A stretch of 21,445 nucleotides of DNA from Bdellovibrionales bacterium RIFOXYD12_FULL_39_22 (GTDB taxonomy: Bacteria > Bdellovibrionota > Bacteriovoracia > Bacteriovoracales > Bacteriovoracaceae): positions 62,001 to 83,445 of the forward strand of contig MEQL01000049.1 in the NCBI GenBank assembly GCA_001770205.1, given 5' to 3'. Every line of letters starts with the position of its first letter. Position 1 is the first letter of the stretch. Under the pieces are notes generated by a model. That model had not been told where the DNA came from and searched no databases. It saw nothing but the letters and a program-made list of their open reading frames with translations. The position numbers were made by a program, and so were the translations under genes. Below are positions 8,641 to 16,776 of the stretch, piece by piece.

Positions 8641-9617
8641 ATATGAACTTTTTAAACATGAATTTTTTTATAATAGCGTTTATTTTTTCACTCCCGTTGC
8701 TCCCGGTGGCGCATGCCAACGATTGCCGCATTATACTTCCTGATAAGAATAATTCCTCTTCTATTATTTTTATCTCTGACACTCAACGGCCTATTTGGGT
8801 AGAATCACTCTGGTTGCGCGAAACTAATAACATCCAAGCAACCATAAAACTTTTTGACTCTATTGCTTCGCAAAACCCCGCTGCCGTTTTCCACGGAGGA
8901 GATCTAGTTGCTTTCGGTTTTTCTGAATCTGCCTGGAGTGACTTTAACAAGTCCCGCGCGCCGCTAATGCAGCAAAAGATTCCTCTTTTTTCCGTACGTG
9001 GCAACCATGAATTTCTTTTTTTCCCCGATCGCGCAGAACAACTTTTTAGGCGAGAATTTGCCCATCAGCCTTGTCGCTGGATGACCGTATTAACTAAATC
9101 CATTGCTACTATTTTACTTGACAGTAATTTCTCTCAAATGAGTAAAGAAGAAACTCTTCAGCAAAACACTTGGCTTGCAAAAGAGCTATCCTCTCTCGAT
9201 CAAGATCCGGCAATTGCCGCAATAATTCTTCTTGCTCACCATCCTCCTTTTACCAACAGCACTATCGTATCTGCCTCATCAGCAGTAGAAAGATATTTTG
9301 TTCCGCCCTTCATTGCGTCATCTAAGACGCGCTTGATGCTGTCTGGACATGCTCACGCTTTTGAACGGTTTCGACAAAAAGAAAAAGAGTTTCTTGTAAT
9401 TGGCGGAGGAGGAGGCCTTCTACAGCCATTAAACATAAAAAACGATGCCCCGTTTCGTGATCTTTCTCCCTATAAAACCGCCCTTCGTTTTTTTCATTAT
9501 CTGCAGGTTAAGATGGATAACGGCATTTTTAAATATACTCTTTTTAAAATGGACTTAGATAATCAAAAAATCAACCCTGAAGAGGCGGTCTCCGTTTATG
9601 GCACGGCGATTGAATAG
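8634..9617 (+). CDS. Secreted calcineurin-like metallophosphoesterase
   Basis: All five family motifs: SDTQ, GGDLV, GNHE, AHHPP, SGHAH. Signal peptide ending AHA. True start may be ATG8643 or ATG8658. Confidence 0.9.
   Translation: MVNMNFLNMNFFIIAFIFSLPLLPVAHANDCRIILPDKNNSSSIIFISDTQRPIWVESLWLRETNNIQATIKLFDSIASQNPAAVFHGGDLVAFGFSESAWSDFNKSRAPLMQQKIPLFSVRGNHEFLFFPDRAEQLFRREFAHQPCRWMTVLTKSIATILLDSNFSQMSKEETLQQNTWLAKELSSLDQDPAIAAIILLAHHPPFTNSTIVSASSAVERYFVPPFIASSKTRLMLSGHAHAFERFRQKEKEFLVIGGGGGLLQPLNIKNDAPFRDLSPYKTALRFFHYLQVKMDNGIFKYTLFKMDLDNQKINPEEAVSVYGTAIE
9599..9614 (+). promoter_or_regulatory. Candidate sigma54 promoter within the last codons of the phosphoesterase gene
   Basis: TGGCACG-GCGA-TTGAA: perfect -24 element and correct spacing, with one C>A change at -12; about 50 bp before ATG9665. 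Confidence 0.5.
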
Positions 9618-9664
9618 ATACGCTTAGAAAGAGGATCTATATTTCTTCAATCAGGAGGTTGAGT

Positions 9665-10405
9665 ATGATCAAATTGATCATGATTTTTACACTGCTTACT
9701 TTTTATACAGTCTCATTTGCCCAATCATCGCCAGAAAACAGCGGGCCGGCGGTAACAGAAGAGCAAAAAGATGAGGCCGAGTTATTTTTAAGCCAACTAG
9801 TCGAAGCTGTTAAGTTGGCCGATTTTTTAATCGATTTGGAAATCACCGAAACGGCCACTCCTGATCCTCTGCGAAAAGGTAAATATATCAAGAAATATAA
9901 AATTGACTATTTTGATGGTAGCGCTCAGTTTGTTATGAACAAAAACATCGAACATATTTTACAATCTAGTGATGAGAAACCAGGATCCAGCATTGTCATT
10001 TTTTCAAAGGATGTTATAGGAGCAACCAATCTTCGCATTGATGACAGAGGAGTTATTTTTGTTGATGTATCTTTCGAGAAAGATGGAAAAATATCCGCGC
10101 TGCCGATTGACTTTATCAATCGCCAAGGGGTAGCGGTTCCTCTACATTGGAGGATTAGTGGCCTTTCCGTGGCCATTAATGGGGCCATCGACAAAGAAAA
10201 TAACGTTGTACAAGTATCGGCTTCTTGCGATGCCGAGCAATTTATCGATCCTCACAAATCCATCCAAGGAGGAGTAAGGCCAGAACAAACCCGTTGGGCC
10301 TCGTCGATTTGTAAATATATGATGAAAAAAGACAAGACCACCAATATCTCAGAGACAAAATATCGCTTTTGCAGCGACCGCAACAAAACTAAACGGCCGG
10401 AGTAA
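9665..10405 (+). CDS. Secreted hypothetical protein
   Basis: AGGAGG 6 nt before ATG9665; signal peptide ending SFA; no family recognised. Confidence 0.75.
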   Translation: MIKLIMIFTLLTFYTVSFAQSSPENSGPAVTEEQKDEAELFLSQLVEAVKLADFLIDLEITETATPDPLRKGKYIKKYKIDYFDGSAQFVMNKNIEHILQSSDEKPGSSIVIFSKDVIGATNLRIDDRGVIFVDVSFEKDGKISALPIDFINRQGVAVPLHWRISGLSVAINGAIDKENNVVQVSASCDAEQFIDPHKSIQGGVRPEQTRWASSICKYMMKKDKTTNISETKYRFCSDRNKTKRPE

Positions 10406-10407
10406 GT

Positions 10408-11130
10408 ATGAGATTATTCTCTCTTTATTTACTTTCTTTTTTGTTTTTGACAAACGTTGCGCATGCAGAATCTTCTTCCTGGCCGATCTACAACCTTTTT
10501 AAAACCTTTGTGTTGGATATTGATGTTTTGTTTTTAGAAGATTTAGAACTAGTGCCAGAAAAATGTACTTATACAAATCCTGTAACTAACTATTACATCG
10601 CCGAGGAGGGAATAGGCCCATGCTTGTGGCGGGCCTTTTGGAAAGAGCATGGCCAGGATGCACCAAAAGGGGAGTTGATTGTGATCTTTCATCATAAGGC
10701 CACTCCCGACAAGAAAATTATTGCCCAGGTAGAGTGGGTTCCCTTTGCTTCGCAATCCTTGCAGCAACAAGTTTTTAAATTTAAGAAAACATATCGCTTT
10801 ACCCAGCTAGATATTTTTTTTACTACTCCGTTAGCACTCTCTGATTTTCCACAATCTGAACGTTTCGCCCAGGAACAGGAGCTTTATCCCGAAATGAAAA
10901 TACGAAAACTAACCCTCAACAGCGAATATCTGTCGCCCGACAAAATAGAAGAAATCCCTCGCGCCGAGCATTTGTCTTCCGAGGCCCAAGAAAAAGCGTG
11001 GGCGAGAGGACATTTAACTGTTGAGCTGAAAGGTAGTGATAAAACCATACTTTTAGATTTTTGGTCTAACAAAGATTTCATTTTTCCCGGCGGAATTTCT
11101 AAACATATTATGGAGGTGCATGATGAATAA
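10408..11130 (+). CDS. Secreted hypothetical protein
   Basis: Signal peptide ending AHA; 2 bp after the previous stop; no family recognised. Confidence 0.75.
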   Translation: MRLFSLYLLSFLFLTNVAHAESSSWPIYNLFKTFVLDIDVLFLEDLELVPEKCTYTNPVTNYYIAEEGIGPCLWRAFWKEHGQDAPKGELIVIFHHKATPDKKIIAQVEWVPFASQSLQQQVFKFKKTYRFTQLDIFFTTPLALSDFPQSERFAQEQELYPEMKIRKLTLNSEYLSPDKIEEIPRAEHLSSEAQEKAWARGHLTVELKGSDKTILLDFWSNKDFIFPGGISKHIMEVHDE

Positions 11131-11935
11131 GAGATTACTTATTCTGTTTTTTAGCATCTTCTTTTTTTCCATCCACGCAGCATTCGAAAATTTTGATGCT
11201 GAGTTTGAAAATTTTGATGCTGAGCTTGACGAACCCATTGAGTGCCTTGCCTCTAATGATGACATAGAATCAGAAGCACAGGCCCTTTTAGAACAAAGCT
11301 ATCCTAATCAATTTCCTGATGTGCATCCACTCAAAACCAATCTGGCCGGCATAACGAAGGTCCAGAACAAAAAAAAATTAGAAGAGCGAATGTTTGTTGG
11401 TTTCGAAGGAATTCTTCGTCTTCCTCCCGGACAACAAGAGATTATGCCTCTAATCGGTTTAAGTGCAGAAGTGGGAGATGACAATCTTGTTTATATTTGT
11501 ATGCAATTAGAAAAAGAAGATCCGGAAAAAAGTTTAATTAAGCTTGTTTTCCTAAAAGGCAATGGCCTCGATGGCCGCACCTTTTTTAGTAAAATTCCCC
11601 TCCTTGGCCGTCTATCTGGCAGGCCTTCTATGAAAATAAAACCCATTCCTGTTTGGCTTTCTCCTCTTGATGCAACTGTTAATCTAGCATCTCCTATTAC
11701 TTCGCGCATTCCAATTCTTGGACAACTCGTCTCTTTTGTACAAGATGATTTTAGGTTATTGCGTAGTTTAGTCTTTAAGGCACTCTCTCCTCTTTTGGAA
11801 GAAGGAGTTGAGGAGATCGTCGTAACTAACTCAAATGTACAAGTCAAAACCAATGGCCGACTTACGTTAGTCCCTTTGCCCCAGATAGAATTTAATAATA
11901 AGGTAAATAATATTTTGCGCTTTAACACCAATTAA
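11123..11935 (+). CDS. Secreted hypothetical protein with an acidic N-terminal repeat
   Basis: GGAGG upstream (ATG11120 or 11123); signal peptide ending IHA; FENFDAE repeated twice; no family recognised. Confidence 0.75.
   Translation: MNKRLLILFFSIFFFSIHAAFENFDAEFENFDAELDEPIECLASNDDIESEAQALLEQSYPNQFPDVHPLKTNLAGITKVQNKKKLEERMFVGFEGILRLPPGQQEIMPLIGLSAEVGDDNLVYICMQLEKEDPEKSLIKLVFLKGNGLDGRTFFSKIPLLGRLSGRPSMKIKPIPVWLSPLDATVNLASPITSRIPILGQLVSFVQDDFRLLRSLVFKALSPLLEEGVEEIVVTNSNVQVKTNGRLTLVPLPQIEFNNKVNNILRFNTN
11183..11224 (+). repeat. 21-bp in-frame tandem duplication (2 copies)
   Basis: TTCGAAAATTTTGATGCTGAG followed by TTTGAAAATTTTGATGCTGAG (20/21 identical), encoding FENFDAE twice. Confidence 0.9.
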
Positions 11936-11961
11936 ATGTATCCTTGCCTTGGGGAGGATAC

Positions 11962-12744
11962 ATGAAAATCTTCAAATTACAGATTGCCTTTTATTTCCTA
12001 TTTTTTTCTAACTTTCTTTATGCAGAAAAAATTACTATTGCCGCCGCATCTGATTTAAAATTTGCTTTAGATGAAATTTCTGCTTTGTTTATAAAAAAAA
12101 ATCCTGGCCAAAAAATTGATATTATCTATGGTTCTTCAGGGAAGGCCTTTACCCAGATTCAACAAGGCGCCCCTTTTGATCTTTATTTTTCTGCCGACAT
12201 TAATTATCCAAAAGAGTTATTTGAGAAGGGATTTGCTCATTCTCCTGTCAAGCTTTATGCTATCGGACGTATTGTTTTGTGGAGCAATGTTTTAGATGCT
12301 TCAAAGATTACCTTAAATGATTTGGCCGGCCCGGCCATCACTCACATTGCAATTGCCAATCCACAACATGCACCTTACGGCCGACGGGCCGAAGAGGCCT
12401 TGCGGGCGACTGCGCTTTGGGATAAAGTCAAGGCCAAACTAGTCTACGGGGAAAACATTGCACAGGCCGCCCAATTTGTTCAGAGTAAAAATGCCGAAGT
12501 CGGCATTATCGCTCTTTCTTTGGCCATTAGTCCACAATTTATCAAAGACGGTGGTTATTGGCCAATTCCTACAGACCTTCACTCTCCCTTAGAGCAGGGA
12601 TTTATTATTACCAAACGTGCGGCCAACAATTCCTTGGCAAAAAATTTCTCCACTTTTATGGAAAGCAAACTTGCTAGAAAGATAATGATAAAATATGGTT
12701 TCGTATTACCTAGCGAGACAACCAATGCTACTTTGGGAAAATGA
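11962..12744 (+). CDS. modA: Molybdate ABC transporter substrate-binding protein
   Basis: GGAGGA before ATG11962; [50 protein letters not shown]. Confidence 0.96.
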   Translation: MKIFKLQIAFYFLFFSNFLYAEKITIAAASDLKFALDEISALFIKKNPGQKIDIIYGSSGKAFTQIQQGAPFDLYFSADINYPKELFEKGFAHSPVKLYAIGRIVLWSNVLDASKITLNDLAGPAITHIAIANPQHAPYGRRAEEALRATALWDKVKAKLVYGENIAQAAQFVQSKNAEVGIIALSLAISPQFIKDGGYWPIPTDLHSPLEQGFIITKRAANNSLAKNFSTFMESKLARKIMIKYGFVLPSETTNATLGK

Positions 12745-13408
12745 TCTACAAATACTTTGGCCTACTTTAAAACTGGCAACCACCGTTACCTTGCTTTTAC
12801 TTTTTATTGGTACCCCCATCGCCTGGTGGCTTGCACATACTAGTAGTTGGTGGAAGCGGCCAATAAACGCTGTAGTTGCTCTTCCCCTGGTTCTTCCTCC
12901 CTCCGTACTTGGTTTTTATCTTCTCTTGGCCATGGGCCCGGATGGCCCCATTGGAAAACTTACTAACTTTTTGGGCATTTCTTCTCTCCCCTTCACCTTT
13001 GCTGGCCTGGTTGTTGCTTCTGTTTTTTACTCTCTCCCTTTTATGGTTCAACCTCTTCTTAATGCCTTTGAGCTAATGGGCCGGCGTCCTCTTGAAGTCG
13101 CGGCCACATTGCGAGCTTCCCCTCTGGATGCTTTTTTTTCAGTGGCCATTCCTTCCGCTCTTCCTGGCTACTTATCGGCAATAATTTTAACCTTTGCCCA
13201 CACTCTCGGAGAGTTCGGCGTAATCCTTATGGTTGGTGGAAACATTCCAGGTAGTACTCGCGTTGCTTCAGTACAAATTTATGATCACGTTGAGGCCTTT
13301 GACTATGCTTCTGCCCACCGCCTCTCTTTAGTTATGTTAGGCCTCTCTTTTATCATTTTGTTAATTTTGTATATTTGGGGGCCACAATCTAAAAAGGAAA
13401 CGGAATAA
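12725..13408 (+). CDS. modB: Molybdate ABC transporter permease
   Basis: [38 protein letters not shown] (EAA loop), [23 protein letters not shown]12725 chosen as start. Confidence 0.96.
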   Translation: MLLWENDLQILWPTLKLATTVTLLLLFIGTPIAWWLAHTSSWWKRPINAVVALPLVLPPSVLGFYLLLAMGPDGPIGKLTNFLGISSLPFTFAGLVVASVFYSLPFMVQPLLNAFELMGRRPLEVAATLRASPLDAFFSVAIPSALPGYLSAIILTFAHTLGEFGVILMVGGNIPGSTRVASVQIYDHVEAFDYASAHRLSLVMLGLSFIILLILYIWGPQSKKETE

Positions 13409-13410
13409 TC

Positions 13411-14487
13411 GTGAAAGAGATTTGTCTAAACTTTAACATCTCTTGGCCATCTCTTGATTTCATGGTTGATCTGACAATTCCAGGCCAAGGAGTTACTGCA
13501 ATTTTTGGCCCTTCCGGCTCAGGGAAGACAACATTATTGCGCTGTATTTCTGGCCTGGAGCGCGTAAAAAATGGCCATCTCTCTTTTAACGGGGAGATTT
13601 GGCAGAATGATAAAATATACCTTCCAACACATAAGCGTCAACTCGGTTATGTTTTTCAAGAAGCAAGTCTCTTCTCTCATTTGTCTGTTTTAAACAATCT
13701 ACGCTATGGCCAAAAAAGAATTGATTCTTCTCAGAGAAAAGTCAGCTTAGATCATGCTATTGAGCTTCTTGGCATATCCAATCTACTTGATCGCAACCCA
13801 TCCAAACTATCTGGAGGGGAGAGGCAGCGAGTGGCAATTGCTCGAGCGCTGGCCACTAGTCCCTCCCTTTTATTAATGGATGAACCTCTTGCTTCACTTG
13901 ATAACAAGCGAAAACAAGAGATTTTACCTTATCTTCAAAAACTTCACGATGAACTTGAAATACCAATTATCTATGTTGGCCACTCTCCAGAGGAAATTTC
14001 ACGCTTGGCCGATCATCTCGTTGTTATGAATAGTGGAAAAGTGGAAGCAAGTGGCGCATTGAATACAATGCTCAATCGCCTAGATATAAACATTGGCCTA
14101 GGGGAAGAGCGAGGAGTTGTGCTAGAGGGAGAAATCGGTGAAGTTGATAAACAGTGGAATCTTGCACGTGTCGATTTTTCTGGCGGAAGTCTGTGGACTC
14201 CCAATAGCAAAATGGCTGTGGGTAAAAAAGTTCGGGTGCGCGTTTTAGCACGCGATGTCTCTCTTGCCAAAGTACGGCCAGAACAAAGCAGTATTCAAAA
14301 TCAACTTTTAGGCCAAGTTAACACTATCATCGATGATGAACGCGCGGGCCTGGCACTAGTATCGCTTTCCTCGGGATATTCTTCTATAATTGCGCGTCTA
14401 ACCAAACGGGCCATCAACACACTTCCCATTAATCTTGGAGACAAAGTCTGGATACAAATCAAAAGCGTAGCTCTCATTGATGGATAA
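13411..14487 (+). CDS. modC: Molybdate ABC transporter ATP-binding protein with C-terminal TOBE/Mop domain
   Basis: GPSGSGKTT, LSGGERQRVAIARAL, LLMDEP, SSIQN, VWIQIKSVAL. GTG start. Confidence 0.96.
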   Translation: MKEICLNFNISWPSLDFMVDLTIPGQGVTAIFGPSGSGKTTLLRCISGLERVKNGHLSFNGEIWQNDKIYLPTHKRQLGYVFQEASLFSHLSVLNNLRYGQKRIDSSQRKVSLDHAIELLGISNLLDRNPSKLSGGERQRVAIARALATSPSLLLMDEPLASLDNKRKQEILPYLQKLHDELEIPIIYVGHSPEEISRLADHLVVMNSGKVEASGALNTMLNRLDINIGLGEERGVVLEGEIGEVDKQWNLARVDFSGGSLWTPNSKMAVGKKVRVRVLARDVSLAKVRPEQSSIQNQLLGQVNTIIDDERAGLALVSLSSGYSSIIARLTKRAINTLPINLGDKVWIQIKSVALIDG

Positions 14488-15363
14488 TCAAAACTTCAAT
14501 CCTAATTTAATATAAGCTCCACTATTATCAAGCTTTGCATCTTTTCCATCTAATGTTGCCCAGGTTTTTCCCAAAGTTGCCGCCACAATCATCGATAAAC
14601 GGCCCACCTCAAACTTTGGCCCAAACTCCACCATTGCGTCTAGCTGCGACATATCCACTTCCTTGATTGTTTCGACATAAGACGTTTGGTCTGGATCAAC
14701 AAATTCACTTCCTTTGGCAATAGCGACTGTCTCCGATGGTTGACTTGTTGGATTCGCACTTCCACTATCAACATCAACGCTATCAATGGAAGTGCTCACA
14801 GAAGAAGAGGCCTCTATTTTTTTAACATTTACTGAACCCTTCGAATAATTAAGCGTTACTGCGCCATAAAGGCCAATGAACCCCAGGAAATCTGCGGCCC
14901 CCTCATGTGAAAGAGAAAGTGAAATGCCAGGAAAAGAACCGAAGGAAGTACCTGATGAGAAAAAGGCCAATTTGGACAGCATAAGAGAATAGGTCATTGC
15001 GAAATCTCCACCCCACATTGGAACCTTATAACCAATCCTATATCCCGTTTCAGAAAAAACATAAGAATATTCTGAATTTTCATTAAAATCAAAACTAGTA
15101 GAAAAATAGCTGGCAACAAGTGAGTTTCGGTAACCTTTTTTCTCTATTGCTTCTCCCTTGGCCTTGGCCACTATTTGGGGTAAGATTGTTGGTTCATTTT
15201 TTTTATTTTCTGATTCTTTATTTTGAAGGGCCATTTCTTCTACTTTAGATTCTCCACTATAAAAATTAAAATTATACACCGGCCCCTCCGCAAATACAGA
15301 AAAGGCACAAAGCAAACTGATGATAGTTGTTGTTTTATTGCTGATCATATTAGTCCGAATCAT
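14488..15363 (-). CDS. Putative outer-membrane beta-barrel with a long Ser-rich loop
   Basis: AAGGAG before ATG15363; signal peptide ending VFA; amphipathic strands; terminal AYIKLGLKF beta-signal. Its stop directly abuts the modC stop. Confidence 0.7.
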   Translation of the reverse strand: MIRTNMISNKTTTIISLLCAFSVFAEGPVYNFNFYSGESKVEEMALQNKESENKKNEPTILPQIVAKAKGEAIEKKGYRNSLVASYFSTSFDFNENSEYSYVFSETGYRIGYKVPMWGGDFAMTYSLMLSKLAFFSSGTSFGSFPGISLSLSHEGAADFLGFIGLYGAVTLNYSKGSVNVKKIEASSSVSTSIDSVDVDSGSANPTSQPSETVAIAKGSEFVDPDQTSYVETIKEVDMSQLDAMVEFGPKFEVGRLSMIVAATLGKTWATLDGKDAKLDNSGAYIKLGLKF

Positions 15364-15407
15364 AAATAACTCCTTTAAAAAAATAAATAGGCCACGGACA
15401 AACACCT

Positions 15408-15423
15408 TGCATTAATCTGGCCA
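15408..15423 (-). promoter_or_regulatory. Candidate sigma54 promoter
   Basis: Minus strand TGGCCAGATTAATGCA (TGGC, GG-N10-GC, TGCA), 45 bp upstream of ATG15363. Confidence 0.5.
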
Positions 15424-15462
15424 TAATAAATCCTCTTTTTTCAGCAATTTAATTTTGTAACC

Positions 15463-15498
15463 ATGACATTTTTGTCCGTATTATGTCATTTTTGTCAT
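15463..15498. promoter_or_regulatory. Tandem pair of transcription-factor-like boxes with a 20-bp period
   Basis: ATGACATTTTTGTCC (15463-15477) and ATGTCATTTTTGTCAT (15483-15498); each is an imperfect TGACA/TGTCA dyad. Confidence 0.55.
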
Positions 15499-15730
15499 CT
15501 GCAGTACCAGAATAAAATTCAAAGTAATATAAATTTTTAGATTTAGGGTACAATAATTTATCTTCGTTACTCATTTTTTTTGGCAAAAAAAGTAGAAGGA
15601 AATTTATCTCAGTGAGTTAGATTGATTGGGCGAATTGATTCAAAATATCTGGACCCAAGACCTGGTAAAAAATATTCTGAGTCAATTAGTAGCTTAGGTA
15701 TCTATTCGCTTTAAATCGTAAATTTCTTAC

Positions 15731-15758
15731 TAATGTAATACTTCTAATTTACCGATAC
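15731..15758 (+). promoter_or_regulatory. Candidate sigma28 (FliA)-type promoter
   Basis: TAAT-N16-ACCGATAC versus consensus TAAA-N15/16-GCCGATAA; about 20 bp upstream of ATG15780, which has an AAGGAG RBS. Confidence 0.35.
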
Positions 15759-15779
15759 TGCCAAACACAAGGAGAACTA

Positions 15780-16337
15780 ATGAAAATTTACATAATGGTT
15801 ATATCTTTTTTTGTTGTGATTAGTGTTTTCTACAGTTGTAGTAACTTGGAGAAAAAAAATTCTACTGTTATCTCTCTCTCTGATAGTAAGAGCACTCCCA
15901 AAAGAGAGATTTCTTCAGACACGGAAGTATTAACAAAAACATCTGTTAATGGCCATGTTTTTACCCAAGTTCTAGATTATCCTGAAATGGGAAATGCTTG
16001 GCGAGATGAATCTGGACTAATTTGGGGAGATATTGCGATGGATGATACTGGACAAGAAAAAAGTGTTATTCAAGGCCATGCCTGGGTATATTGCAACGAG
16101 ATAGGCGCCAAGGTTCCTAGCAAAGAGCAGTTTGCACAACTAGTAGAATATTTGGGGGGTAAAACAAAAAACGGATATCGGCCAGAAATTATTCCCAATC
16201 TAGCGGATCATATGTATTGGACGTCATCAGTTAGTAACACCGACGATGAGCACTATGGCATCCGCTTTGATGCTAATCATGGAATTTTAGAAAGTTATTT
16301 ACGAAATGATTTCTTTTCTGTCCGTTGTGTAAAATAA
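15780..16337 (+). CDS. Lipoprotein with a DUF1566/Lcl-like (C-type-lectin-fold) domain
   Basis: Lipobox FYSC; DESGLIW, AWVYC...VPSKEQF..L, YWTSS and terminal SVRCVK, the motif order of DUF1566/FGE-sulfatase-like CLec folds. Confidence 0.7.
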   Translation: MKIYIMVISFFVVISVFYSCSNLEKKNSTVISLSDSKSTPKREISSDTEVLTKTSVNGHVFTQVLDYPEMGNAWRDESGLIWGDIAMDDTGQEKSVIQGHAWVYCNEIGAKVPSKEQFAQLVEYLGGKTKNGYRPEIIPNLADHMYWTSSVSNTDDEHYGIRFDANHGILESYLRNDFFSVRCVK

Positions 16338-16428
16338 TTTAATTACAGGAGATTATTTAGCACGCCTCTATCGCTTATGATTTTTCGGTGGTAATTTGAA
16401 CCCTGGGGCCATCACTGGACAAAGTCAT

Positions 16429-16776
16429 ATGGAGTATATTGAAAAATTACTTAAGGCGCTTGCCGATAAAAACAGGCTTAATATTTTAACGCTCCTTAAT
16501 CATAAAAAACTTTGTGTATGCGAGTTGGCCGAACTCTTGGATATAACTCAACCAAGTGTCTCCAAGCACCTTAAAAAACTTAAAGAAGCCGGCCTTATAA
16601 GTTCAGAGCAGGATGGTTTTTGGACAAATTACTACCTGAGCAAAGAACTTTTTAAAAACCACAAGTTTATCAAATTAATTCTCGATGAAGTGCAAGAGTT
16701 GAAAGATGTTCAGCAAAGAACAAAGCAAATTCAGTCTCTTGAAAGAAAAAAACTTTGTTGTAAAAAACAGTCTTGA
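16429..16776 (+). CDS. arsR: ArsR/SmtB-family metalloregulator, probably As(III)-responsive
   Basis: KALADKNRLNIL, LCVCELAELL, TQPSVSKHLKKLKEAGLI, QDGFWTNYYL, C-terminal CC; heads an ars cluster. ATG16429 preferred to TTG16396. Confidence 0.92.
   Translation: MEYIEKLLKALADKNRLNILTLLNHKKLCVCELAELLDITQPSVSKHLKKLKEAGLISSEQDGFWTNYYLSKELFKNHKFIKLILDEVQELKDVQQRTKQIQSLERKKLCCKKQS

Noticed and set aside
8634..9617. Purple acid phosphatase assignment
   Set aside because: The GDxxY tyrosine ligand is absent (GDLVA), so only the general calcineurin-like family is supported.
11183..11224. CRISPR-like repeat
   Set aside because: Only two adjacent copies with no spacer, in frame within a gene; no cas genes.
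15601..15709. Integron attC site, retron ncRNA or known riboswitch
   Set aside because: GTTAGAT fits GTTRRRY but has no matching RYYYAAC at attC distance; no integrase or RT nearby; no riboswitch consensus recognised.
15364..16428. A complete diversity-generating retroelement around the CLec-like gene
   Set aside because: No reverse transcriptase, accessory gene or second copy of the C-terminal coding segment was seen in the window.
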